Below are positions 49,718 to 60,290 of a stretch of DNA of 64,000 nucleotides, in pieces; the first letter of the stretch is position 1; the number at the start of each line of letters is the position of its first letter. Location of the stretch: the NCBI GenBank assembly GCA_045863295.1, contig BTWA01000008.1:32001-96000 (forward strand). Reading direction: 5' to 3'. The DNA comes from Candidatus Hydrogenedentota bacterium (GTDB lineage Bacteria > Hydrogenedentota > Hydrogenedentia > Hydrogenedentales > SLHB01). The notes under the pieces are model-generated. The model made no database searches. It saw only the letters and a program-made list of their open reading frames with translations, and was not told where the DNA came from. The translations under genes and the position numbers were made by a program.

Positions 49718-52700
49718 TCACAATTCCAAATCCCCCTGCTCGGGCGTAATCACCCGCTGTTCCCGTGCCAGGCGCACGATTTCCGGCCAGCTTTGTACCA
49801 AGGCGTTGTACGACAGGGCCTCGGCCGATCGTTTTTTGCGCTCGCACAGTGTGTACAGCCGGTACGCCAATTCCCGGGCCGTTTCCGCCTTGGCCCCTAG
49901 CTTGCCTGCGAGTGCGGCCGCGGCCGATTCGCCGCCCCCTTCCAGTACGCGAATAAGGTGGTGCACGGTCTCCCATACTGTCAGGCGGGTATCCGTGGCC
50001 GGGTCCCAGCTCTCGGGCAGTTCCGACGGTTTAAACAACCGCACTTTGCCCTTGCCGGCCTTCAGGATGCCCGCCTCCACCATGCCGTTCACGCTGGTGT
50101 TTTTCGACTTCGACAATTGCTCCGCCACGCCGTACTCGCCTTCCGCGAATCCAAACTGATCGAACCACGCCAAAGCCCAGCGTGTGTCGGGATCGAAATC
50201 GCCTTCCTGTTCGGCGAGGGCTTCATCCAACGTCTGATTGATGAGGGCCAAGGCCTCGCGCACCGTCAGCGGTTTGCCTTCCGCGTCGAGCACTTTCGCG
50301 AATCGCGTATACACGGCCATGCCCGGGCCAATCGCCGCCTGGGCCAAATCCACAGGGGCGATGTTGCCGCGCTGTAAGTGAAGAAGGGCAGCAGGCAGTT
50401 CGGCTTTGAGGGCATTCAGAAATTCGCGCCGCGTGGCGGTCGGCGCCTCTTTCGAACGTGGACGACCCACGAGCACTATGCTGGAGGCCAGGGCGTTGGT
50501 GCCGGACCCAATCATGCGGTTGCTGAGTTCGGTCCGCATGGGCCACGTGCCGCTTATGGCAAACCCCGCTTCGATAACCGCCGCCAGGAACGTATCCCAA
50601 CCCGTGCTGGCGGTACCATCGATTGCGTCGCTCTCGGCTTGCTTGAAAGCATAGTAGATGGTGACGGGGAAAGCTGGATGCGCCTGTTCGGCGAGACGGC
50701 TCATGGCCTGTGTCATGCCATTGAGAAAAAAAGTCTCAGCTTTTTGTTTATTGCCATGGCGATAAGGGGTAGCAACAAGTTCTTGGGCCTTGGGCACTGC
50801 CAACGTGGAGAAATCTTCCGCAAAAGCTGGCTTAAGGGAGCGACGTAGCCAAACATAGAAGAAGTCGGCAAGATCAGCATAACCAATATTATCGTAATAA
50901 GGCGGGTCTGTAGAAACTACACGATCAGCCGATATAGTTTGAGCCTGCGCATCAGCCTGTTGTGCATACCCATGTGGAGACTCTGGAAATGCGCAAATGG
51001 CTTTTTTCGCCCATTCAACTCCGCTGGATACGTTGCCCGAAGAATCGGAGAAAATGTTTGTTTCAACGTAGTCCCACGTCATAGGAATAGCTTGGCGACC
51101 AAAAGTATTTCGAATAAGTTCCTTACTCGAATGCCACGTGCAGATCGTTGACCAGTAGTCAGCTGCTTTGTCAATGGTAAACGCCAAATACACCGCCACG
51201 GCGTCGGCGTAGTCCTGGGCGGTGGGTATGGGTGGGGCGCCTTTGGCGGGTTTGGGGGCGTGTTCGGGGAAACCCGCCGCGAGGGCATCCTGCTTCACCC
51301 GTACCCGCGCCTCCTGCACCAAATCCGAAAACGTCGTCAACGCCACCAACTGCCGTGGCGTGAACAGGTCGCCGAACGTGGTGAGGCCGTAATTAGGTGT
51401 CTTGAAGTCACGTGGATTGACAGGCAAGGCCAAATCTGGCTTCCATGTTGGCCGTGCCTTGAGAGCGATAGCTTCCATCTGTGAAGTTGGCGAAAGATAT
51501 ATACGCCCATTCTCACCTTCCGCCACAATAGCCATTAGCCTTGCGCCCATAAAACCCGTCTTGCCTTGATCCCGAATGTGATCATACGTAACAGGCACGC
51601 CTGACATCAGGCAACGAAATGCTGCGCGTTTGCCGGCTGTGGTACCTAGTCTGGCGGCCTCCGCATCCTTTGGCTTCCCCACTTTGACCGTGAATCGGTA
51701 ACCGCCGTTTTCTATCACCGGTTCCACGTAGGCTTCCTTGCCCACCTTGGTGGACAGCATAAAGGTTGAGGCCAAGGGTACATCGACATCCGCATACGCT
51801 GGGTTGGGGCTCTTGACGGTGCGCGCCCAAAGCCAGGCGATGACGGTAAGTTCTTTAGCGGTTAGGACGGAGGACTTAGGATATAGGGGGACTTTGTCGT
51901 GGGGGTTTTTGGCCCAGTAGGTATCGACTTCTTCGCGGGTATAGTAGCGGCTCTTAGCCGGGTCAAAATAGACTTTGGCCTTGGGGTATAGGTGGCCAAT
52001 GCGCTTCTCGGCTTCGTCGCGCATCCATTGACCGTAGTAGCGGACATCGGCGGCGAGTCCGGCTGCGCCTTTCCATTCTCTAGCGAATAGCAATTGGGAG
52101 TTAGGATTTAGGGGGGAGGAGGCAGTCGATTCTAGCGATTCTCGCGAAACTTGCGCCGAAGCGTGCTGAGCATCTTGCCCACTTCCACGATCAGACTCCG
52201 CGCCACGCTTGTTTCCGTGACTTGCATCCATCCGATCTCCTCGCAAAGCGTGAGAAACGTCTCCGTCTCCGCCAGGGAACCTTGCGCTATGGCCAGAAAC
52301 TGAGCCCGCTCCTTTTCGGATTCTCTTGTCCATCCCTCCGCGATGTTGGCTGGCACTGACGCTGCCGCCCGTGTGATCTGCGAACGCATCCCGTACATTT
52401 CTTCCTTGGGAAGATGCGCTACCAGACGATAGACCTCTTTTGCCAGGTCCATCGATTTCCTCCATACCATCAGTTCTCGATAGTGAAGTCCCATCGCCCC
52501 CCCTAAGTTCTAAGTCCTCACCACTTTCTTCCCTACTATGTCCTAAATCCTCTGTTCTACTCGCTCCATTGACGGGCGGTTGCCCGGCAAACCGCGGCGG
52601 TATCTCGATCATCGCCTTGTTAATCAGCACAGCAACCGGATTCAGATCGCTCGCGTAGGCTTCCAGTCCGAGGCGTTGGGCTTCGAGAGGGAGTGCGCCG

Positions 52701-53125
52701 CCACCGGCAAAGGGGTCGTGGAAAGCGGGGAGTTTGTAACGGTCGAAGAGTTCCTTGGCGCGAGGGTGGTCGGCGTTCTCGGCGCAGGCGCGGCGCCAGC
52801 TTTGCCAGATTTCCTCGCGGGCCTGCTGGAGCACGGCCTCGTTTGTGGTGTTCTCCCATTTGACGAGTTCTTCAATAATCTTGAACAGGCGCTGCCGTTC
52901 CTTGTTCTGCGCCTTTTCCGTGGGGAACAGGTCGGGCCATGCGGAAGGGTCGTCAACCATTTGCGCAAAGATGACGGCCCGCGCCGCCGCCAAAGGCCGC
53001 CGCGCCCACCAGAGGTGCAACGTGGAAGGATGCCCGTGTCGAATAGACTTCTCCCGCGCGGAAGCCACGTTGATCGCTTCCAAAGGCAGGGCCACTTCAA
53101 TGAGTTTCTTGCGGATCTTGGTCAT
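49718..53125 (-). CDS. DUF1156 adenine-specific DNA methyltransferase with an about 150-aa insertion
   Basis: [20 protein letters not shown] motif, TDPPYYD catalytic motif, TWPMRTE. Confidence 0.92.
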   Translation of the reverse strand: MTKIRKKLIEVALPLEAINVASAREKSIRHGHPSTLHLWWARRPLAAARAVIFAQMVDDPSAWPDLFPTEKAQNKERQRLFKIIEELVKWENTTNEAVLQQAREEIWQSWRRACAENADHPRAKELFDRYKLPAFHDPFAGGGALPLEAQRLGLEAYASDLNPVAVLINKAMIEIPPRFAGQPPVNGASRTEDLGHSREESGEDLELRGGDGTSLSRTDGMEEIDGPGKRGLSSGSASSQGRNVRDAFADHTGGSVSASQHRGGMDKRIRKGAGSVSGHSARFPGGDGDVSHALRGDRMDASHGNKRGAESDRGSGQDAQHASAQVSRESLESTASSPLNPNSQLLFAREWKGAAGLAADVRYYGQWMRDEAEKRIGHLYPKAKVYFDPAKSRYYTREEVDTYWAKNPHDKVPLYPKSSVLTAKELTVIAWLWARTVKSPNPAYADVDVPLASTFMLSTKVGKEAYVEPVIENGGYRFTVKVGKPKDAEAARLGTTAGKRAAFRCLMSGVPVTYDHIRDQGKTGFMGARLMAIVAEGENGRIYLSPTSQMEAIALKARPTWKPDLALPVNPRDFKTPNYGLTTFGDLFTPRQLVALTTFSDLVQEARVRVKQDALAAGFPEHAPKPAKGAPPIPTAQDYADAVAVYLAFTIDKAADYWSTICTWHSSKELIRNTFGRQAIPMTWDYVETNIFSDSSGNVSSGVEWAKKAICAFPESPHGYAQQADAQAQTISADRVVSTDPPYYDNIGYADLADFFYVWLRRSLKPAFAEDFSTLAVPKAQELVATPYRHGNKQKAETFFLNGMTQAMSRLAEQAHPAFPVTIYYAFKQAESDAIDGTASTGWDTFLAAVIEAGFAISGTWPMRTELSNRMIGSGTNALASSIVLVGRPRSKEAPTATRREFLNALKAELPAALLHLQRGNIAPVDLAQAAIGPGMAVYTRFAKVLDAEGKPLTVREALALINQTLDEALAEQEGDFDPDTRWALAWFDQFGFAEGEYGVAEQLSKSKNTSVNGMVEAGILKAGKGKVRLFKPSELPESWDPATDTRLTVWETVHHLIRVLEGGGESAAAALAGKLGAKAETARELAYRLYTLCERKKRSAEALSYNALVQSWPEIVRLAREQRVITPEQGDLEL
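52132..52494 (-). CDS. Four-helix-bundle protein (23S rRNA IVS / Avd-like), nested in DUF1156 in another frame
   Basis: [16 protein letters not shown]...[27 protein letters not shown]...[14 protein letters not shown]; purine-rich RBS. Confidence 0.92.
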   Translation of the reverse strand: MGLHYRELMVWRKSMDLAKEVYRLVAHLPKEEMYGMRSQITRAAASVPANIAEGWTRESEKERAQFLAIAQGSLAETETFLTLCEEIGWMQVTETSVARSLIVEVGKMLSTLRRKFRENR

Positions 53126-53183
53126 ATAACCCACACTTTCAAAACCCCCCATTTCCTAAATCCTATCTTCTACCTTCTACCTA

Positions 53184-53762
53184 CTAGTATTCCAAGCTCC
53201 ATGAAGTATCGATGACGCGGGGCAACCCTTTGCGCTCGATGGCACGCAAACACTCGCGCAGGGCTTCCGTCACGTTTTCGGGCACGGGGTCCTTGGGGAA
53301 ACCACCCGCGATCCGGAAGATATCCGGAGCTGGCACGACGGTCTCCAGGATTGCCATCGCAGAGGCGTCGAACAGGATAATCGTGGCAACGGGATTCCGC
53401 GCATAACGCGGGGTGGTGACCCAGCCCATCCGGTCACCGGCCCTGAGCCGCCACAAGTTGGGCGCGTCCATGGGCGCATCGGGCACAGGCGGCGCATTGG
53501 CACCGGCGGCATTGTAATTATTAACCCACCGCATACCCAGCAAATTGGACATTTCCGTTGGGTGGAGTTCGACCCAGGAGGGTAAATCGAAAGAGCGACT
53601 GGTCACTGTCACATAGTCGCCGTCGCGTGTGTACCATGCATCATGCAGACCCCAAGCGGGGGGCTCGTAGATGGCCGATGTCAGCCGGAACCAGCCCAGC
53701 AAATCTCCGGCCCGGCATGACAGGCGTTGTGTCTGGTCAATATCAAAAGTGATTTCTACCAT
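53184..53762 (-). CDS. Hypothetical protein
   Basis: 192-aa ORF; its 5' end is duplicated at 56411-56545. Confidence 0.55.
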   Translation of the reverse strand: MVEITFDIDQTQRLSCRAGDLLGWFRLTSAIYEPPAWGLHDAWYTRDGDYVTVTSRSFDLPSWVELHPTEMSNLLGMRWVNNYNAAGANAPPVPDAPMDAPNLWRLRAGDRMGWVTTPRYARNPVATIILFDASAMAILETVVPAPDIFRIAGGFPKDPVPENVTEALRECLRAIERKGLPRVIDTSWSLEY

Positions 53763-53846
53763 AAATTATCGCTCGAAGATGTTGGGTGCCCCAAGTCTTC
53801 AGTCGGTATCACATGCATGGCGCGCGACCTGTTTGCTACAAGGACT

Positions 53847-54869
53847 TTATCGTCGGCCTATCACTTCAGTCTCTTGACCAGCAGCCGCTTTTTTCTCTGA
53901 CCGCGCGAGTATTTCGTTCGCAAGAGACTTAAAGTCTAGATAGCATTTCGACACCGCCGCGGCATGGGCTCCAATTGCTCCATCCGCAGGCGACAATTTG
54001 AAAACCGGTTTTCGAGCATCTTCCGCGAGCGGCATCAGGCTTTGGTAGTTCTTAATGAATCCAATCCGATTAGGGTCGGCCTCGACATTCACCTCAGTGA
54101 TTGGCTTACGCAGGACATGGGTTGTGTAAACTTGGGGAATCTTGGAAACCCAACGTTGGTAGGCTTTGACAGGACGATTCCTTCGCTCAACATGCTGCAT
54201 GACGACATAACCCGCAGGCGTCATGGAGCCGGACGGCATTGGTATGTTTAGATCTTCAGGCTTCTCATCCAACATTTTTTGCCAATGCTTTCTCCAAGCA
54301 TCAATGGTTGGGCCGAGGTTCTTCAAACCCTGCAGAGAGAACAGCCCCGGCGCAAGCGGCATTACGATATTATCGGATGCAATCAAAGATGCCCGATTGA
54401 TAGCGCCGAGATTGGGTCCAACATCCATCAGAATAACATCGGCGTCTAAAGATTCCGCTGCATGGTGAACAATGCGGTAAAAAGCGGTCGTTGTGCGAAA
54501 CGCACCTACATCTCCCATAAAACATTTGGGCCACGCCTCGGAGAGTTTGTCCTCGAATCGGGACAGACCCAGGTCTCCTGGGAGAAGAAATAGATTTGCA
54601 TTTAGCTTCTGCAATGGAGCAACAGCAATATCCCCCGTGTTTTCGATAAGCGGAGAAATGCAGGCCAAAATGCTTTTGTTCTCGCCTTCTTCCGGCCATA
54701 AGTCTATCAAAGTGTCGTCATCGAGAAACATGCTTGTGAGATTGGCTTGGGGGTCCAAATCAACCGCGAGGACCTTTTTGCCTAGTTCGGAACACATCCA
54801 TGCGAGGTGATATACAAGAGTGGTTTTACCAACGCCGCCCTTGTTATTGAAGAAGGCGATGGTTTTCAT
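53847..54869 (-). CDS. ParA/Soj-family ATPase (defence-island type)
   Basis: FNNKGGVGKTT, DLDPQANLT, DVGPNLGAINR. Confidence 0.9.
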   Translation of the reverse strand: MKTIAFFNNKGGVGKTTLVYHLAWMCSELGKKVLAVDLDPQANLTSMFLDDDTLIDLWPEEGENKSILACISPLIENTGDIAVAPLQKLNANLFLLPGDLGLSRFEDKLSEAWPKCFMGDVGAFRTTTAFYRIVHHAAESLDADVILMDVGPNLGAINRASLIASDNIVMPLAPGLFSLQGLKNLGPTIDAWRKHWQKMLDEKPEDLNIPMPSGSMTPAGYVVMQHVERRNRPVKAYQRWVSKIPQVYTTHVLRKPITEVNVEADPNRIGFIKNYQSLMPLAEDARKPVFKLSPADGAIGAHAAAVSKCYLDFKSLANEILARSEKKAAAGQETEVIGRR

Positions 54870-56059
54870 CTGAGGATTCCCTTGATAGTGGCCAGAAAAT
54901 GAGCTGGCTCATTAATATTAAACTCAGCGGGTGGGTTACCGTTCTCCTTCAATGCGTTTTGGGCGCGGACGATTCCCCTGCCGAATTGATTTACGTATCC
55001 CAGGACCTTCATGGCCTCGGCAATCTTTGGATTGCGGTAGTCATTCTGGTTGGGAAAGGTTTGAGGCGTGACGGAACCGTAGAGCCCGCCGGGATTTTGA
55101 ATTTCGATGCGGTCACTGAACCGGTATAAGCGAATGGGCGAATTGGACTGGTAATCGCGGTGCATCACAGCATTCATTAGAAGTTCTCGTATAGCTGTCG
55201 CGGGATACGGTGTCCGGCTAATTTCTTTTAGAGTCGACACTGATTCCGGATACATGGGGATCATGGTTTTTACAAAACTATCCAATTCACGAAGCAGGTT
55301 TATTAGATCGCCTTCAAATCGTCGTTCATCGAGCACTTCTGATTCAAGACCTTCACCTTCAAAATGCACGTATTGAATAGCGGCCCCTGGAATCCAATTC
55401 AATGTATCATGGGCGAATAGAATCGCTCCTGCATTTGTGGCGCATTTATCTTTGGTTGACCACAAACCTAAAGACGCCATCTGTAGGAGCATATCTCGAT
55501 TGTTTTCCTCGATAAGCTCTGGCGCGATTGCAGCACTACGGTAAGTAAGTTGGAACAGGTCAAGTGCAAGCTCATTCTCGTCGCATCCCTTGCATGGCAT
55601 GAGGTCGAAAGTTCGGGCGTGTGATGTTCGACGTTCGGTTAGAATTCGCTCATCCTGTTCTCCCGCGATCGCTTTACGCGGCCCGCGACGTATCCAGACT
55701 TGTCCCTTATAACGGACAGGAGGAATATCTGAAGGCCTCACTTCGACGACGGCAAGGTCTCCTTCTGGCAATGAGACCCTTTCCACTACCATGGAAGGCA
55801 ATGGTACGATTTGCCCGGAATCCGCGTGGCTGGCAAGATTACGCAAGAGTTCGTCCGAGACATTGACACCCGTGATGGTTCCGGTCGAATCGCTCGCGCC
55901 GATGATCAGATAGCCTGGAAGATTATTTCCTGGCATGTCGTTTGCAAATGCGCATATGGCCTCGCAAAACTTGCGGCTGTCCGTTGTCGAAGTAGTTCGT
56001 TCGACCCGGGCAGACTCCATGTCTGCCAGCAAGTTCCTTAGTTCTGTCTCGTTGATCAT
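54866..56059 (-). CDS. AlbA_2 (Schlafen-like) plus HATPase-like protein
   Basis: ESARVE, ICAFAN..G.LIIG, RELLMNAVMHRDY, IEIQNPGG, RNPKIA; ATGA overlap with ParA gene. Confidence 0.88.
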   Translation of the reverse strand: MINETELRNLLADMESARVERTTSTTDSRKFCEAICAFANDMPGNNLPGYLIIGASDSTGTITGVNVSDELLRNLASHADSGQIVPLPSMVVERVSLPEGDLAVVEVRPSDIPPVRYKGQVWIRRGPRKAIAGEQDERILTERRTSHARTFDLMPCKGCDENELALDLFQLTYRSAAIAPELIEENNRDMLLQMASLGLWSTKDKCATNAGAILFAHDTLNWIPGAAIQYVHFEGEGLESEVLDERRFEGDLINLLRELDSFVKTMIPMYPESVSTLKEISRTPYPATAIRELLMNAVMHRDYQSNSPIRLYRFSDRIEIQNPGGLYGSVTPQTFPNQNDYRNPKIAEAMKVLGYVNQFGRGIVRAQNALKENGNPPAEFNINEPAHFLATIKGILR

Positions 56060-56410
56060 TTGCCGCCTTCGGTTATGCCTGGCAGGGGACTCTCCAACTG
56101 AGTGGCCATGCAGGCAGTATGTAGCCGTAGACTATCAAATTCGTGCGCGATAATCTCGCTAGAATTGAGTTTCTGCCGTAAATTGCTCCTTTTGGGCCAC
56201 ATACCGGCACTGTTGGCAAGATATTGCATGAAGCGGACATTGCGCTGATTGGGGTTGAAGTCGACTAGCAGATTGGATATGTCGGACTTGACAGACGTAT
56301 TGTGTTGAAATGGAGGTACAAACAGTGTTGATGGACGGTGCCTTTTTTATGTGTGTGAGAAACTTGGACATCTCAATTCACGGTGTGCGTGGCAATCCGT
56401 AAGCAACTAC

Positions 56411-56545
56411 GCATCATGCCAAGCCCAAACGGGTGGCTCGTAGATGGCCGATGTCAGCCGGAACCAGCCCAGCAAATCCCCGGCCCGGCATGACAGGCGC
56501 TGTGTCTGGCCAGTATCAAAAGTGATTTCTACCATAAGTTGTCGC
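56411..56545 (-). pseudogene. Truncated duplicate of the 5' end of gene 53184-53762
   Basis: 135-bp ungapped repeat of 53638-53772, about 11 mismatches; MVEITFD...HDA then stop. Confidence 0.8.
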
Positions 56546-56586
56546 CTTGTAGGAACCCGACTAGTTTGATTGGCTAGGCTTACCCC

Positions 56587-57666
56587 CTACCCTTCGTTTC
56601 GCAGCCATAGTACGAGTAGCAGCCAAAATACGGCAAACAAGAGCCAAAGTATCACAAGCAGTAGTAATCTGACTTGTTCTTCATAAGGAGTATACCTGTT
56701 TAAATCATCGCCCGAATTGTGTTGTATGTGGCTTGGATTCATTCTGGATCCTGGAATTGCGGACACGTCTCGCAACAGTTCCAGAAGTGAATGCACGGGT
56801 ACATAGGCGCCGCGTCGTCGAATTTCTCTCGCGCAGATTTGACCAACGTCGGGGACTCTTTTTTGCAATATGATGCACAGGATGATGTCGAGCAGTATGT
56901 TCCGGAAAAGTGGAGCAACGGAGACCGATAGTGCGGAGCATGGAATGAGAAACAGGACCGCCGCGAAGGAAAGCATATTCAGCACGACAAGCAAGAAGAC
57001 GCATAGTATGAAGCAGATGGAAACCGTATATGCCCAGAGTTCAGCAATGACCCAGTGTGCACGGCCGACCTCCGGGTAAGCCCGTTCTTGAATCCGTGAA
57101 ACGACCGGGTCCACAGTTTCTTTGCTTTCTTCGGCAAAAGGGGCATGGGGTTCTTGCGCCAAACGGCCGGATATCTTCGTGGCTTCCGCCTCACCTTGCG
57201 ACTCGGGAAGAGTTACTCGTTGGACTCCGCGGGCGAACAGGGCATACAAGGGCATATTCGCTTGATGGTATGCCTGATTCTTGTGTTGATGTTCCGACTT
57301 GGCAGTAGAATAGAAGCCTCGTTTGATTCGATCCAACTCGACTTCTCGATTGTGATTTGTCGATCCCCTCCGTTTGCGATTCCTTTCCTCATTGACCGAT
57401 ATGTTCGCACGAGTATCGGTGTTCTCCGAATACCGTTCGTCGTCAAGGTCGACCTTTGTCGCCCCAGAGCCACCTGTGTAAGCCCAACCGGATTCGACCA
57501 AATGGTTGAGCGTTCTGACATCAAATTTATCTCCAACTTTTAGTCCTCGCTCTTTAATAAGGTAGTTGATTCCCTCTTCCTCAAGCTGAAAGGTGCACAT
57601 ATACCCGCCAACATTGGATCGAATGTAATAGCCTCGGCCATCGCGATACCTATTAAAGGTAGGCAT
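56587..57666 (-). CDS. Hypothetical membrane protein
   Basis: Soluble N-terminus plus about three TM helices. Confidence 0.55.
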   Translation of the reverse strand: MPTFNRYRDGRGYYIRSNVGGYMCTFQLEEEGINYLIKERGLKVGDKFDVRTLNHLVESGWAYTGGSGATKVDLDDERYSENTDTRANISVNEERNRKRRGSTNHNREVELDRIKRGFYSTAKSEHQHKNQAYHQANMPLYALFARGVQRVTLPESQGEAEATKISGRLAQEPHAPFAEESKETVDPVVSRIQERAYPEVGRAHWVIAELWAYTVSICFILCVFLLVVLNMLSFAAVLFLIPCSALSVSVAPLFRNILLDIILCIILQKRVPDVGQICAREIRRRGAYVPVHSLLELLRDVSAIPGSRMNPSHIQHNSGDDLNRYTPYEEQVRLLLLVILWLLFAVFWLLLVLWLRNEG

Positions 57667-58041
57667 GACTATTCCTTGTCCTTCGCTTGCAGACGGTTCT
57701 GGCTTTCCTGTTTTCGTACCTGCACACGATCTTGGTGCGGCCGAGTTTGGGATGTTCTACAGTTGCGACCAGGCAAATCGGCATGTCCAGCAGGGTCTCC
57801 AGGAACTGAATGAACTTGTACTGTAAGTTTGTAGGCACCAGGCGCTCCCACTCGGCAGGTACAATGGGCCAAGCCACGCCATTCGAAAGAACTAAAGAAC
57901 TGCAATCCAACGTAAAGACAAGTCGTCGTTCGTAGCGCGCCGGCAAAGGCAGTTTGGCCAACCTGCGGAGCGTCAGCAGAGGTCCGGCTGCATGGCCTCC
58001 ATCCAGCCCTTTACCGGGTCGTTCATGGTCCTGCCATTATC

Positions 58042-58590
58042 TTACTTGGGTTCGCATCCGTGCTGTTGCCACCAAATCCTGTCCTGATCGCGTTTGGTCA
58101 CTGCCCGCGCCTTAATACGTTCGTGTTTTCGCGTTTCCCTTTCTCTACGGTTCTGTTCGTGTTCCAATTTCGTTCGTTGTAACCGTTCAATGTGGTCACG
58201 ATAGTGGGCTTGCATGTTGGCCAGGACCTCTCCGCCCCATGTGCCCTCCAGGCATCTTGCTAACTCGAGTTCCGCATGCACGTCCTTCCCCATTTCCTGC
58301 CAAAGGCGATGAATGATTTTCCGCGTGACTGGCTGTAGTTTTTGCGCTTCCTCGATGTCTGGGCAAAAGGATCTAAATGCATCTATAACTCGGCGGGTTG
58401 CGTTTGCCCCCAGCCTTGGGGAGTTTTCATCGCTATACCCCATTGCCTCGAGCAATTTCTGTACAAATACGCAACTACAAATACCACAGCCTGGAAAACA
58501 GAACTCGACGTCGGCATTGGCATGGAGAAACTCGCAGAACCAATCCCCACATGGGCCAAGAGGCACTGTATTTCGCGTGTTCGTGCTCAT
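58042..58590 (-). CDS. Hypothetical protein (Cys motif, charged C-terminal helix)
   Basis: CFPGCGICSC; ATGA overlap with DUF262 gene. Confidence 0.55.
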   Translation of the reverse strand: MSTNTRNTVPLGPCGDWFCEFLHANADVEFCFPGCGICSCVFVQKLLEAMGYSDENSPRLGANATRRVIDAFRSFCPDIEEAQKLQPVTRKIIHRLWQEMGKDVHAELELARCLEGTWGGEVLANMQAHYRDHIERLQRTKLEHEQNRRERETRKHERIKARAVTKRDQDRIWWQQHGCEPK

Positions 58591-60290
58591 GGGATTTCGT
58601 ATTCGGACTCAACTTGTTCCGTACGGTTATGTATGCCTGTTAACCTCTGTATTTCCTGCCACAGCGCCTCTTGCCGCCATGCGATGAAGTGATCAAAGTC
58701 GTCGCGCACAAGCGGGGACTCATCCCCACGCGGCAGGCAATGCGATGACAGCACTGCGTCAAGCGGAAATCCGTCAGTATCGCGAAGGCGCGCCAAATAA
58801 ATCGAAGGGGGCTTGTCTCCGATCATCTGGTTTGTCGTACGGTCGATCAGCGTTCGGTTCAGTACACAATCCCGCAACCGCGCTGGCTTTACACCTTGGC
58901 GATCCAGATACGCGGCCGGAAAGACGTGGTGGTCGTCAATTCCACTCGATGTAATCAATTTTCCAGTTATGACCGATTGGGTGTGAAAATCCCGCGCACC
59001 CATTCCCAGGATTAGGCATATTGCGCTCCGGTATATGGAGCGCTGCTTGGGCGTTGTTTCGCGTAGAAAATTCGGATCGAATCGAGCTTTAGAAACGGAA
59101 TCAGGCGGGTCGCCACCGGTGAGCCACGCGCAAAGCTCCGTGACATCGCGTGCGGCCTGGCTGTTCGGCGCATTTTCATAGACTTGGCCAAAGGAAACAC
59201 ACCAGAACCACCGTTTGAGCTTTTCACGGTAAGACCCTGCCTCTGCGGTCTTAGGCATGCCTAGCTTGGCCAAGACTGCTGCAAGCGGAATCAGAATGGT
59301 TTGATAAGGGAGCCATTTGGGCAACACGACGTTGCAGTCATCCCGAAGTATTTCCAGCCCCAATGCAAGTCCTCGAATCGCCTTGGGCCAGTATTCATCG
59401 ATGTCTGCTGCAACCAGATCGAGCACGTCGCTCCGTTTGCAGGACGGCGTCTTTCGGGAAACGAGGGCAATACTCTGCAACACGTAGTAGGGATCGACAC
59501 TGTAGTCTTCAATTATGGGGAATTCTTCAAGAGTCGCGTCCCATAGCGCCCTCAAATTGATTCCCTGAGGCCAGAATCGTGCAGTCAGTAGCTCGAATGG
59601 ACTCAGGCGCACACCGGTCCGGTTCAGCGTCTCAAAGATGGTGCATAGAGCATCCGCCTCGGTCTTGTCGGAGAGCGTGACGACAGGAAAATGATAATCG
59701 TCAATAGTACTGAGCCATCTCTCTTCGATGTGATCGAGCGCATCCTCCAACGCGATGCGCTCTTTGTCGGGTAGATGGCGCGCGACCTTACGCGCCCATT
59801 TACCAAAGCCACCTGACCCGTGTTTGAGCACGGAAAGGGGCAGTAACAGTTCCTTTGCCTGCATTTCAAACGCCTCACGCCGTTTGACCCATTTTGTGGT
59901 CGAACGAACGTTAAAAATGGCTTCGTCAAAGTCGGCACCTTCAATTAGAAGATTCAAACGAATGTAGTACCGATGATCGCCAACGCCATAAAACGCCTGG
60001 TATAGCGAGGTGAGCCGTTGTTGTCCATCCAGTACGAGAAAGGTGTGCTTCGCGCCATCCAATGGTGGCGCTCCCTCGAATTCACGTGCAACAAAAGATC
60101 GTTTGACGTCGCGCACGCGCAGAATGCTTCCAGCAGGATAGTTATTGGCAATGGAAACGACCAACTCTTGGGTCGCGCTGGGCTCCCACACAAAATCACG
60201 CTGAAAATCGGGCAAGACCATGGTTCTTCCATGGATCTCCGCCAGGAGTTCTTTCAGAGCCCGGGGGTTGGTGTCTTCAAAAACACTCAT
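58587..60290 (-). CDS. DUF262 / GmrSD-like nuclease with C-terminal HNH-like domain
   Basis: LPDFQRDFVW, LDGQQRLTSL, IFETLNRTG, HHVFP...N...TN. Confidence 0.9.
   Translation of the reverse strand: MSVFEDTNPRALKELLAEIHGRTMVLPDFQRDFVWEPSATQELVVSIANNYPAGSILRVRDVKRSFVAREFEGAPPLDGAKHTFLVLDGQQRLTSLYQAFYGVGDHRYYIRLNLLIEGADFDEAIFNVRSTTKWVKRREAFEMQAKELLLPLSVLKHGSGGFGKWARKVARHLPDKERIALEDALDHIEERWLSTIDDYHFPVVTLSDKTEADALCTIFETLNRTGVRLSPFELLTARFWPQGINLRALWDATLEEFPIIEDYSVDPYYVLQSIALVSRKTPSCKRSDVLDLVAADIDEYWPKAIRGLALGLEILRDDCNVVLPKWLPYQTILIPLAAVLAKLGMPKTAEAGSYREKLKRWFWCVSFGQVYENAPNSQAARDVTELCAWLTGGDPPDSVSKARFDPNFLRETTPKQRSIYRSAICLILGMGARDFHTQSVITGKLITSSGIDDHHVFPAAYLDRQGVKPARLRDCVLNRTLIDRTTNQMIGDKPPSIYLARLRDTDGFPLDAVLSSHCLPRGDESPLVRDDFDHFIAWRQEALWQEIQRLTGIHNRTEQVESEYEIP

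Noticed and set aside
52132..52494. Diversity-generating retroelement, suggested by the Avd-like protein
   Set aside because: No reverse transcriptase in the window and no TR/VR pair with adenine-specific mismatches; the 135-bp repeat mismatches are not confined to adenines of one copy
52094..52565. Intein or self-splicing intron in the methylase
   Set aside because: No intein terminal motifs, no homing endonuclease or RT/maturase, and no recognisable group I/II boundaries
57653..58026. Small ORF(s) upstream of the membrane protein gene
   Set aside because: Competing frames and an early stop after the best ATG; insufficient support
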